Origin: an uncultured Methanosarcinales archaeon
Lineage (GTDB): Archaea; Nanobdellota; Nanobdellia; Woesearchaeales; GW2011-AR4
NCBI GenBank assembly: GCA_964607225.1
Contig: CAZSIU010000002.1
Span: 1 to 55,115 of the forward strand
DNA length: 55,115 nucleotides
Direction: 5' to 3'
Shown: piece by piece, positions 25,188-34,636 of the stretch
Position numbering within the stretch: position 1 is the first letter of the stretch
Layout of the letters: every line of letters starts with the position of its first letter
Translations under genes and position numbers: made by a program
Notes under the pieces: model-generated
Told to the model about the DNA's origin: nothing
Seen by the model: only the letters and a program-made list of their open reading frames with translations
Databases searched by the model: none

Positions 25188-26132
25188 TCACCTTTGAATT
25201 TTACCATATCTCTTGTAAGCATTAATAACCATTCTTAAATCTTCAAATGCCTGAGTAGCATTACTATCTGCTTGATTTACCCTCCTAATAAAATCTTTAT
25301 AAATGTCTAAGTATCTGTCTTCTTGTCCTTTGTATACTATTCTTCCTTCATATGACATAGTATTAACGAATTGATCATCAGCTAAATGTTCCAATATAAT
25401 TTCTCCTCGCGAGGTTCTTAATTTTGTTTTGTATTGTGCCTTATTTTGGCTTCTCCAATCAACAACCACTTTACCAGATATATCATTACATTTAAAATCA
25501 ATTTCTACAAAATCTTCAACTAATGGGTCTTTAATTTTGTTTCTTTGTTCGTATTCAAATGTTGCTCTTATGATATTCAAGTCAGGGATAAAAAGTCTGA
25601 GAACACTTAGTACATTAACGCCATTATCTATACAGACACCGCCACCAGATAATTCTTTTGTTAAACGCCAACCTTCTGCATACTCAATAGGGCATGTGAA
25701 ATGTGCCTCGAAGGATTTTATTCTTCCATATTTTTTCTTTGTTTGCAAAAAGTATTGTATTTCAGGCATAAATTGAAAATGATAAGCTACAACAAGAACT
25801 TTACTTGATGATTTGGCAGCTTCTATCATACTTTGGGCATCTTCTAAGTTTGTCGTCATTGGTTTCTCAACTAGCACATGTTTACCTTTTCTAAGAGCTT
25901 CTATGGACATAGGGGCGTGAAGATAATTTGGAGTTGCTATTGCAACAGCATCTATTCCTTTATCATTAAACATTTTATGATAGTCCACGAAAAAATTGAC
26001 TCCTAAAATTTTTGGATCTCTAGATTTATCTACATCTGATACAGCTTTCAATTCTAGCCCATCAAGGCGTTGTATGGCAGTAATATGCTGCCTTGAAATT
26101 TGTCCAAGTCCTATTAAACCTATTTTCATCAT
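25188..26132 (-). CDS. Gfo/Idh/MocA-family NAD(P)-dependent sugar oxidoreductase
   Basis: N-terminal MKIGLIGLGQISRQH Rossmann segment and the EKP motif (HVLVEKPM). Confidence 0.8.
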   Translation of the reverse strand: MMKIGLIGLGQISRQHITAIQRLDGLELKAVSDVDKSRDPKILGVNFFVDYHKMFNDKGIDAVAIATPNYLHAPMSIEALRKGKHVLVEKPMTTNLEDAQSMIEAAKSSSKVLVVAYHFQFMPEIQYFLQTKKKYGRIKSFEAHFTCPIEYAEGWRLTKELSGGGVCIDNGVNVLSVLRLFIPDLNIIRATFEYEQRNKIKDPLVEDFVEIDFKCNDISGKVVVDWRSQNKAQYKTKLRTSRGEIILEHLADDQFVNTMSYEGRIVYKGQEDRYLDIYKDFIRRVNQADSNATQAFEDLRMVINAYKRYGKIQR

Positions 26133-26328
26133 AACAACTATAATATCTTATTTTCATTTAAAAAATTTTTGTTTATTTATGTCACTTACTAAATAACAGA
26201 AAGCTTTAAAAAAGCACCTAGCTACTCCAAGCAGTTGGATTTGTAAAGAAATTGGTACTGTTAGTCATTGTACAAGGTGGTTAAAAATAGAATCAGCAAA
26301 GTATTACTTAGAGCAATTTAAGAAAACA

Positions 26329-26859
26329 TTGGAAACTCTTGATCTGACGGACTTAAACAGCATAATAGACTTGCTACTCAAAGCCTACAAGTCCGGAAAT
26401 CAGGTTTTCATAATGGGCAACGGAGGCTCAGCAGCCATCGCATCTCATTTTGCCTGCGATTTGGGAAAAGGTACTTTAAAGGACCCATATGACGAGAAAG
26501 AAAAAAGACTTAAGGTAATATCATTGACAGACAATGTCCCATTAATGACTGCCTATTCAAATGATTTAGCTTATGAGCATGTGTTTTCCCAACAGTTAAA
26601 GAACTTACTTAATGCAGGAGATGTCGTAATAGGCATAAGTTCAAGCGGCAATTCCAAAAACGTTTTGAATGCGATTGAGCTGGCAAAGAAAAATAAAGCA
26701 ACAACAATAGGGTTTGTGGGTTTTGACGGAGGAAAGCTTATAAGGCTTGTAGATTACAAAATCTGGGTTAACAAGTCCGACTACGGAATTGTTGAAGATA
26801 CGCATTCGATAATGCACCATATGATATGCGCTATAATAAGGGAAAGAACAAAAAAGTAA
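26329..26859 (+). CDS. gmhA: SIS-domain sedoheptulose-7-phosphate isomerase
   Basis: GNGGSAAIASHFACDL and ISSSGNSKNV motifs. The start is uncertain: the frame is open and GmhA-like back to 26197, but no ATG/GTG/TTG lies upstream of the TTG at 26329. Confidence 0.7.
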   Translation: METLDLTDLNSIIDLLLKAYKSGNQVFIMGNGGSAAIASHFACDLGKGTLKDPYDEKEKRLKVISLTDNVPLMTAYSNDLAYEHVFSQQLKNLLNAGDVVIGISSSGNSKNVLNAIELAKKNKATTIGFVGFDGGKLIRLVDYKIWVNKSDYGIVEDTHSIMHHMICAIIRERTKK

Positions 26860-26860
26860 A

Positions 26861-27766
26861 ATGCAAAACCCCGAATATTCTAAAAGCAAGATAAAGAAAA
26901 TCATAATCTTAGGGCATACAGGATTCATAGGCAGCAGACTATCAAGCTTTTTTGAGAAAAGCACTAAAGACATAAAGGTTATAGGAAAATCTTTTCCTGA
27001 GATAGATCTTACAAAATATGATGATGTCCTATCCCTGAAAAAATATTTTGATATGGACTCTGTTGTGGTAATGTGCTCTGCATTAAAGAAAGAGCACGGG
27101 GACAATATTGATAACTTTTTTAAGAATATAAACATGGTAGCTAATCTTTGCAGGCTAATTGAAACTAATCCGGTAAGAAAATTTATTTATTTTAGTTCTG
27201 CGGCAGTCTATGGAGAGGAAGTACATAACTTGAAGATTTCAGAAGATACCTTAATAAGCCCCACTTCTTATTACAGTTTAGCAAAATATTGCTCTGAAGT
27301 GTTACTCAAAAATTCAATAAAAAATGGAAGTGGTGGCAGGCTTACCATTATAAGGCCACCGGTAATATACGGTCCTGGAGACCAGCCTTGTTATGGCCCT
27401 TCAGGGTTTGCCAAAGCTGCAATCGATAAAGGCACAATAACTTTGTGGGGAGACGGCACAGAGAAAAGAGAATTTGTATTCGTTGATGATATTGTTGATA
27501 TTGTTAATAGGCTTGTATTTTCTAATTTTGAAGGAGTACTAAACATAGCAACTGGAAATAGCTATTCTTTTATTGAGGTACTAGAAATCCTCTCGTCTTT
27601 ATTAGAACACAAAATAAATATTGAGGCTAAGGAAAGGACTAAACAAAAAATAGACCATGGTTTTGATAATTCTAAGCTGATTAAACTATTTCCAAATTTT
27701 TCTTTTACTCCACTGGAGCAAGGCATAAAGAAAACAATGGAATCCATTAAGTGTTCAATTGAATAA
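26861..27766 (+). CDS. NAD-dependent sugar epimerase/reductase (extended SDR)
   Basis: GHTGFIGSRL (G-x-x-G-x-x-G) and YSLAKYCSE (Y-x3-K). 301 aa. Confidence 0.75.
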   Translation: MQNPEYSKSKIKKIIILGHTGFIGSRLSSFFEKSTKDIKVIGKSFPEIDLTKYDDVLSLKKYFDMDSVVVMCSALKKEHGDNIDNFFKNINMVANLCRLIETNPVRKFIYFSSAAVYGEEVHNLKISEDTLISPTSYYSLAKYCSEVLLKNSIKNGSGGRLTIIRPPVIYGPGDQPCYGPSGFAKAAIDKGTITLWGDGTEKREFVFVDDIVDIVNRLVFSNFEGVLNIATGNSYSFIEVLEILSSLLEHKINIEAKERTKQKIDHGFDNSKLIKLFPNFSFTPLEQGIKKTMESIKCSIE

Positions 27767-27767
27767 G

Positions 27768-29510
27768 ATGGCAAACTGCAGAATCTGCAAAAGTAGTAAA
27801 GTGTTGTTGTTGCTTGATTTCGGCAATCAACCGGTTTGCAATAAATTTCTCAAGAAGTCCAAAGAGAAAGAGAAGAAGTACAGGCTTTCTATGGGTGTTT
27901 GCAATGATTGCGGTCTAGTGCAGCTTATAGATGCTATTCCTGAAAAAGAACTTAGGCCAATTTACGAATGGGTTACTTATAATGAGCCAGAGAATCATTT
28001 GGACAAGGTTGCAGATATTCTTTCTAGGCTTCCGAATATAGACACAAAATCCTCTATCTGCGGACTAAGCTTTAAGGACGACTCTTTGCTAGAACGCTTA
28101 AAGAATAAAGGCTTTACTAAAATAACCAGGCTTGACCTGAAGGAAGATTTAGGCGGAATAAGTTACGGCGGCGTAGAAACCGTACAGATGCTTTTAAGCC
28201 CCTCGAAAGCAAAAAGTATTGCTAAGGAGAAAGGGAAATTTGATATCGTTTTAGCCAGACACATAGTGGAGCATGCATATGACTTGCACGAATTTTCTGA
28301 TGCAATTAAGGAGCTGCTTAAGCCGAATGGCTATGCAATGTTTGAAATCCCTGACTGCACAAAACCGCTGGAAATGCTGGATTACTCTACAGTCTGGGAA
28401 GAGCATACGGTCTATTTTACGCCTCAAACCTTTAAGGATTCATTCGCATTTTTGGGATTAGAATTAAAAAAATTTGATGTTTATCCATACACTCTTGAAA
28501 ACTGCATAGTTGCCATAGTGAAACCAGGAGGGAAAAAATTTAAGCCAAATTCAAAAAAGTCTGTTAATGATGAAATTAACAGAGCGCTAGATTTTTCAAA
28601 ATCTTTTCCAGGAATAAAGGATAAACTCAATCTTCTTTTGTCCACATATAAAAGAACTTATGGCAATATAGCCCTTTTTGGTGCAGGGCACATAGCCTGT
28701 ACTTTCATAAACCTTCTAGGGCTGAAAGACTATATTTCCTTTGTTATCGATGATAACCCACAAAAACAAGGACTATTTATGCCGGGCACTCATATACCAA
28801 TATTAAGTTCCTCTTCCGTCTTCGAAAATGACATCAAATTATGCATATTCAGTCTAAATGCAGAGCTTGAAGACAAGATTATAGCAAAAAATAGCAGGTT
28901 TATAGAAAACGGAGGAGCATTTATGTCAATTTCGCCAACCAGCGAGTATTCTATCTACAAGCAATTGAATTCTGACACTGCTTCAAAATATAACCAAATA
29001 AACGAGGAAGTTTACTATTCAAAAAACGGCATTATTGAAGTTGGAAAAGAATCCGTGAACTTTCTTAAAAAAAAATCAGATGAAAACAAGCGCCAAAGAT
29101 GCAGACTATGCACGCATAAAGATGTTGATGATAAGTTTCATGAGATGTTTATTGTTCATACCAAAGGGACTTACATCAGGCCGCATAAGCACCTTAATAA
29201 AGACGAATCTGCTCACATAATAGAGGGGTCTGGTTATCTGGTAATTTTTGATGATAAAGGTGGGATAGTAAAAATACTTTGGATGGGGGATTATGCATCA
29301 GGCAATGACTTTTATTATAGGATTAATGAGCCATATTTCCATACCCAATTCATCACTTCTGATTATTTTATATTTCATGAAACTACAAGTGGGCCTTTTA
29401 GGAAGTCGGAGACAGTTTTTGCGCCTTGGTCACCAGACGAAAACGATAAGGAAGGCATAAAAAAATTCATGAAGGATATGGAAAAGAGCATAAAGCAAAA
29501 AGAAAGCTAA
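27768..29510 (+). CDS. Fusion: NDP-sugar C-methyltransferase-like (Zn-ribbon + MT + C-terminal MT_14-like) :: WbuC-type cupin
   Basis: N-terminal CRICKSS...CNDCGLVQL Zn ribbon, as in TylCIII-type C-methyltransferases. C-terminal about 170 aa (RCRLCTHKD...FHEMFIVHTKGTYIRPHKH...ESAHIIEGSG) matches the WbuC cupin pattern. ATG 27768 lies just after the upstream stop. Confidence 0.7.
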   Translation: MANCRICKSSKVLLLLDFGNQPVCNKFLKKSKEKEKKYRLSMGVCNDCGLVQLIDAIPEKELRPIYEWVTYNEPENHLDKVADILSRLPNIDTKSSICGLSFKDDSLLERLKNKGFTKITRLDLKEDLGGISYGGVETVQMLLSPSKAKSIAKEKGKFDIVLARHIVEHAYDLHEFSDAIKELLKPNGYAMFEIPDCTKPLEMLDYSTVWEEHTVYFTPQTFKDSFAFLGLELKKFDVYPYTLENCIVAIVKPGGKKFKPNSKKSVNDEINRALDFSKSFPGIKDKLNLLLSTYKRTYGNIALFGAGHIACTFINLLGLKDYISFVIDDNPQKQGLFMPGTHIPILSSSSVFENDIKLCIFSLNAELEDKIIAKNSRFIENGGAFMSISPTSEYSIYKQLNSDTASKYNQINEEVYYSKNGIIEVGKESVNFLKKKSDENKRQRCRLCTHKDVDDKFHEMFIVHTKGTYIRPHKHLNKDESAHIIEGSGYLVIFDDKGGIVKILWMGDYASGNDFYYRINEPYFHTQFITSDYFIFHETTSGPFRKSETVFAPWSPDENDKEGIKKFMKDMEKSIKQKES

Positions 29511-30218
29511 CTATTTAGCTCTTTTGCCAAAATTTATCTCAAATAACAATCTTGTTACCAAGGCAATAATTCCAACAAGATTTCTAAAGCGGAAACACAT
29601 TGTTTTATTATGATCCAATTCTTTATTATAAATTGGAACTTCTTTGTAAGAATAACCTCTTTTCAACAATCTAATCAAAATTTCAGCCGGCAAGGCAAAG
29701 CTGTTTGTTGTTAATTTAACTTTTTGAACTGACTTTGTTTCATAAGATTGCAAAGTCATATAATGTTTAAGTCTCAACCCAAACAATAAATTTAACGTAT
29801 TTACGAAGAACACGGACATAATTCGCCTGAATAAAGGCCTTATATCTTGGTTTGCTATGTATCCTATCACCACCGTGTCTGTTCCAACATTGGACATAAA
29901 TTTTTTTATGGAATCTAAAGTCATATTATCAGGTCCAGGAAGCAACATTACATAATTTTTTGTAGCATTCTTGATGCCTAACCTATAGTTATAGCCTAAA
30001 TTCATATTTTTTTTATTATGAAAAGGCCTTATACCAGAATGCTTTTTTGCAAAATTATCAATTATTTCTCCTGTCCTGTCAGTGCTTCCATCATCTACGA
30101 TTAGTAATTCATAATTGTCAAAGACCTCATTAACTATCTTATATATATTTTTTAGAGTTTTTTCCAGTACCTTATCTTCGTTGTATGCAGGTATAATGAT
30201 GCTTACTGATTTTTTCAT
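29511..30218 (-). CDS. GT2 glycosyltransferase
   Basis: SIIIPAYNEDKVLEKTL and VDDGSTDRT motifs. 235 aa. Confidence 0.8.
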   Translation of the reverse strand: MKKSVSIIIPAYNEDKVLEKTLKNIYKIVNEVFDNYELLIVDDGSTDRTGEIIDNFAKKHSGIRPFHNKKNMNLGYNYRLGIKNATKNYVMLLPGPDNMTLDSIKKFMSNVGTDTVVIGYIANQDIRPLFRRIMSVFFVNTLNLLFGLRLKHYMTLQSYETKSVQKVKLTTNSFALPAEILIRLLKRGYSYKEVPIYNKELDHNKTMCFRFRNLVGIIALVTRLLFEINFGKRAK

Positions 30219-30275
30219 ATTGGATTATACTTTGAAGAATCTGAATTTAATTTATAAAGTTTTGCACTTTAGAAT

Positions 30276-30719
30276 TTAACTATGATTAACATCTGCTAAC
30301 TTATCCCAAACTGGTTTCCAGTAAGTTCTAGGCTCATCTCTTTTATATACATATTGAGTAGAATAAAGCATAGGAAAAGCAGCCTCCAGATCTTCTAAAC
30401 TTTTAAAAGAAATGTTTTCTCTAGCAAAGTGGACTTCATATCCCTTTTCCAGAAGAAGTTTAAGAAAACTGAAGTTTAACTTTCCGCTATAGAAAAATTG
30501 CTTTAAGGTAAAGAAAATGACACCATCCACATTATCAGGCCTGGTTTGGACTTTGTCTTTAATAACTGCTTGAGAAGCTAATGATTTAAAATCTTCGCCT
30601 GTATAAAATATTATCTTTCCCCCTAAATCACCTGCCTTTTTGGACATAGCCAAATGCTGAATAGGTTGGGGAACATGCTTTACATATCCAATATCAATGC
30701 ACGAGTAATAGTTCTTCAT
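30276..30719 (-). CDS. Hypothetical protein (147 aa) in a carbohydrate operon
   Basis: Intact ORF overlapping the upstream gene by 26 nt. No family motif recognised with confidence. Confidence 0.5.
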   Translation of the reverse strand: MKNYYSCIDIGYVKHVPQPIQHLAMSKKAGDLGGKIIFYTGEDFKSLASQAVIKDKVQTRPDNVDGVIFFTLKQFFYSGKLNFSFLKLLLEKGYEVHFARENISFKSLEDLEAAFPMLYSTQYVYKRDEPRTYWKPVWDKLADVNHS

Positions 30720-31479
30720 TTATATACGCCTCTTTTTCGTATTCGAATGCCATCTGGGAGAGTGGTGAAAGCCTAAGTAAATCAAAGAATTCCACTAAGC
30801 CTTTTGAGCCGCATGGTGAAAATATGCTTTTATACCTCATGTTTAAAGTCCATCTAGTTTCATCTTCTTTGTTGACATGAATTCCATGTACAAGGCCTGG
30901 CCAGAAAAATACTGCGCTTCCAAAAGGCACTTCCAAATTTTCTCCTTCATTGGATGCAAACTCGCTAAAATCTCTAAAGCCGGAATCTGAATTTTTAAGC
31001 AACTCCAATGCCTCATTTACTTTTTTATGTTCAACAATGTACATACTTTTAGTCCCATAGACATCCACTAAGGGTAGCCAAACAACAATCTCAAAAGGGG
31101 AATTTAAAGGGGAATCCCTATGAGTGCCAGTAGCATCAGGGTCATTAGGCTGTTGAATAACCAAATTTGTAGTTTTTTGCGTCACGATGTCAGGACCTAC
31201 AAATTCTGTAATTGATTTCTCAAAAGCCTCAAATACAGTTTTACCAACATTTAAGTTCTCTGTGCAGTACTTGATAATCTCTAATCTCTTTTCATTTAAC
31301 GCTGATCCTTTTAAGCCATATTTGTGGAATTTGTTAAAGAACTCATCCATGTCCTCATTTTGGTACTCAACTAACTGTTTTGATTTTTGAAATATTTTTT
31401 CTTTTAGTTCAAAAAGTTTACTTTTATTTTCAGCAGGGATAATGTCATAACCCTTTTCCAGAAATCTTTTCATATTCAT
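30694..31479 (-). CDS. PhyH-like Fe(II)/2-oxoglutarate dioxygenase
   Basis: H-x-D (GTHRDSP), a distal His (GLVHGIH) and a downstream Arg (RWTLNMRY), with the spacing of a facial triad. Confidence 0.55.
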   Translation of the reverse strand: MNMKRFLEKGYDIIPAENKSKLFELKEKIFQKSKQLVEYQNEDMDEFFNKFHKYGLKGSALNEKRLEIIKYCTENLNVGKTVFEAFEKSITEFVGPDIVTQKTTNLVIQQPNDPDATGTHRDSPLNSPFEIVVWLPLVDVYGTKSMYIVEHKKVNEALELLKNSDSGFRDFSEFASNEGENLEVPFGSAVFFWPGLVHGIHVNKEDETRWTLNMRYKSIFSPCGSKGLVEFFDLLRLSPLSQMAFEYEKEAYINEELLLVH

Positions 31480-31497
31480 TGAGTTACACCTTTGCAG

Positions 31498-32663
31498 CTA
31501 AAAAAAGTTCTTATGGAGTCCTTCCTGCTCTGGCTGTTCAAGCCCCATCTCTTCACAATACTCATGAACAGGTCTGCCGCTTTCTATAATATCCCACAAC
31601 AATTTAACATGCCTCTCATAGTTGCATGGATTTGGACAAAACCTAAAATCAATTTTATCGCTTATATTCTTACGGCTTTCTTTATACCATATATCCTTAA
31701 ATGATTCTTCCTTTATGTTGCCTATAGACGTAACAGGGCGATTTTTCATATAGCAACATGGATATACATTTCCATCTGGGGTGATTGATGATAAGAAATG
31801 CACTGCATAGCATTTTTCGTATTTCCTTACTCTATTTTTGTCATCCATCCATTCAAAACGATGCCTTGGATAAGACACTTTAAAATTTTCTGTCTCAAGT
31901 TCTTTGCATTTCTCCAAAAGCTTTAATGTCTCATCAATCTCTATCCTTGTACTATCATCCCCCGGTTTTTGAAAATAAGGCCTTATGCGGATATAATCTA
32001 CGCCTAGTTCTTTGCTAAGCTTTGTTGCTCTGTACGCTCCGTGCAAAGTTTTAGGACCAATGAGAAAGCAGGTTGCAATAGTGACTTTACTCTGCTTGGC
32101 TTTCCTCTTTTCTATTAGACGCTTGATATTGTTCAGTACAGTAAAAAATATCTGACCAGGCACTCCATGCGTAATCTGATACATTTGAGGGCCATCAGCA
32201 TCCAAACTAATTCTTATCCATGTGCAGCAGTCAATCATAGCATCTAAGCATTCTTCTTTTAGTATATGGCCGTTTGTATACATTCCAATGTCCAGGCCCA
32301 TTGATTTTGTATACCTCAGCACCTCTGCCAAATGAGGGTAAAGGGAAGGATCACCGCCGCCAGCATAAGTGACAGAACGTCCACCAAGTTCCTTAATCTC
32401 AGCCAATAGCTTTTTTAAGCGCTCAAAGTCCTGATGGGTTTTATCCATCTGTCCAGAAATTTTGGTTAATTCTCCAGTTCCGCAGCAATGCGGGCATCTG
32501 TGATTGCAAAGATTAGTGAGGTCAATATCAAATGCTATGGGAAAAGTTGTTCCTGTGTCTTGGAATTCTTTGATTTTATCCTTATGAAAAAGAAGTTTAT
32601 GTTCGGTAAAAATCCAATCGTCGCCAGAGCTTTCCTCTAAGATTTGACCCCACCTTTTTTCAT
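31498..32663 (-). CDS. Radical SAM/SPASM-type enzyme; N-terminus disrupted by a 1-nt frame problem in an A6 run
   Basis: The frame is open from 32688 to 31498. CNHRCPHC (C-x3-C-x2-C, nt 32485-32508) lies upstream of the first in-frame Met (32448). The only RBS-preceded ATG (32663) is in the adjacent frame and stops after 8 codons. C-terminal motif C...GNVYPCC...CPNPC is SPASM/twitch-like. Confidence 0.65.
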
Positions 32664-32808
32664 TTTTAAGAACCCCCGTTGCTATGTACTAGATTCTAAT
32701 GAGATATATAAATTTTTTGGTCGCTATTGCGCCGAAGTTTTAGGTTCTAGGAAAGGAAACATTTTATAGAAAAGTTTTTAATGAAGATGAAAAGTATGCC
32801 TAAGAAGC

Positions 32809-33564
32809 ATGAAAAAAATGCATACTCTTGTTGTAGGTGGTACTAGAGGAATAGGCAAAGCTTTAGTCAGGTTGCTTGCCAACAAAAGAAACTTAGTTTC
32901 GGTTATTGCCAGAAATCACCCTAACCAGGGCAAAGCAGTAAAAGGAGCAACTTATTGGAAATTAGACATAACGAAAGTTGATGCCTTTAAAAAGATGCTT
33001 CCAAGAATAATAAGAAAAAATGGAAAACTGAACAATCTGGTTTTCTTTCAGAAATACAGAGGGGATGAAGACTGGAAAGGAGAAATTATGCTAAGCCTTA
33101 CAGCAACAAAAAATATAATAGAGATTACTCCTACGTTCTTTGTGGATGAAGGCGGCTCAATTGTCATTATGAGCTCGAGCGTAGGACACCTTATATCTTA
33201 CGACCAGCCTTTAGGCTATCATGTGGGAAAGGCTGGAATTAACCAGATGGCAAGATATTATGCAGTAAAGCTTGGACATAAAGGAATAAGGGTAAACTCT
33301 GTTTCTCCATGCGCAGTCCTAAAGGAAGAGACAAAGGAATTCTACCAAAAAAACAAGAATCTCTATAATCTCTACAAGGATATTGCCCCTTTGGGAAGAA
33401 TGGGAACTTCCGAGGATATTGCTAATGTCATAATGTTCCTTTGCAGCCCAGCTGGTTCTTTTATTACCGGCCAAAACATAATCGTTGACGGCGGCATTTC
33501 AATTATAGGACAGGAAGCCCTTGGGAGGAAGCTGATGTCACAAACAGACACGAAAAGAAAATAA
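32809..33564 (+). CDS. Classical short-chain dehydrogenase/reductase, paralog of 43950-44738
   Basis: VVGGTRGIGKAL, YHVGKAGINQM (Y-x3-K) and GRMGTSEDIANV...ITGQNIIVDGG. Confidence 0.8.
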   Translation: MKKMHTLVVGGTRGIGKALVRLLANKRNLVSVIARNHPNQGKAVKGATYWKLDITKVDAFKKMLPRIIRKNGKLNNLVFFQKYRGDEDWKGEIMLSLTATKNIIEITPTFFVDEGGSIVIMSSSVGHLISYDQPLGYHVGKAGINQMARYYAVKLGHKGIRVNSVSPCAVLKEETKEFYQKNKNLYNLYKDIAPLGRMGTSEDIANVIMFLCSPAGSFITGQNIIVDGGISIIGQEALGRKLMSQTDTKRK

Positions 33565-33582
33565 TCAAAAAGCTATTTAGTT

Positions 33583-34605
33583 TTATGCCCCTCTTTTATT
33601 TTCCTGCTCAATAATCTTTTTCATTCTTCTGACATTGTAATACTTATCATCATCAATATCTTTGATTAACCCATTCTCAAATGCCTGCTTTAGCTCTATG
33701 ATTGCCTCTTTGACGCTATGCTTTGGTTCAAAGCCTAACTCATTCTTTATCTTATCCGAGCAAACATGATAGGACCTAAGATCATTGGATTCCTCAACTT
33801 TAACTTCCACATTTCCAACGACTTCTCTCACTAGGCTGGCTATTTCCAAAACCTTAAGATTCTCGTAGCCTGCATTATAGATTTTTCCGTTAATCTTATC
33901 CATAGGGGTTTCTAAAAGTATCTCGAACACTCTTACCATGTCCTTAATATGTATGTTAGGCCTTAGCTGTGTTCCTCCAAAGACAGTTATCTTTCCTTTA
34001 TTTATTGCAAGATTTGTAATAATGTTTACCACAACATCCAGCCTTTGCCTGGGAGAATAGCCACACACTGTTGAAGGCCGTATTATGACTCCTTTAAAGC
34101 TTCCTTTTAAGCGATGCAAAAGGTAATGCTCTATCTCTACTTTTAGTCTGGAGTACTGGGTCAATGGCTCCAGCTCGAGGTCTTCTGTAACATTTTTTTC
34201 CTGCTTTATGCCGTATACACTGCTTGTTGACGCATATACAAACTTTTTTACCCCAGCATCTTTAGACAAATCAATAAGATTTATCTGGCCATCATAGTTA
34301 ACAGAATGTGTAAAGTCTGAATCTAGTTCAGAACTTGGGTCGTTTGAGACGCAAGCTAGGTGTATTATGCTGTCTGCATCCTTTAATGAAGCTTCTACCT
34401 CCTTCTTGTTTCTTAAATCCCCTTTTATAATTCTGATATTGGGGTTATTGTCTATGCCTAGTGCTTCCTGGTACTCCTTAACGGAATTCCAGAACCAAAA
34501 AGTATCCAATACAGTGACTTTGTAGCCCTTTTTCAATAAGCTGGAAACTAGAGGTGATCCAACGTAACCTGCTCCTCCTGTTACAAGCACCCTTTCCGTT
34601 AGCAT
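33583..34605 (-). CDS. NAD-dependent nucleotide-sugar epimerase/dehydratase (extended SDR)
   Basis: VLVTGGAGYVGSPLV, STSSVYG and YSRLKVEIE. Confidence 0.8.
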   Translation of the reverse strand: MLTERVLVTGGAGYVGSPLVSSLLKKGYKVTVLDTFWFWNSVKEYQEALGIDNNPNIRIIKGDLRNKKEVEASLKDADSIIHLACVSNDPSSELDSDFTHSVNYDGQINLIDLSKDAGVKKFVYASTSSVYGIKQEKNVTEDLELEPLTQYSRLKVEIEHYLLHRLKGSFKGVIIRPSTVCGYSPRQRLDVVVNIITNLAINKGKITVFGGTQLRPNIHIKDMVRVFEILLETPMDKINGKIYNAGYENLKVLEIASLVREVVGNVEVKVEESNDLRSYHVCSDKIKNELGFEPKHSVKEAIIELKQAFENGLIKDIDDDKYYNVRRMKKIIEQENKRGA

Positions 34606-34636
34606 TTTTATAATATTTTAAAAATTTTTAACAAAA

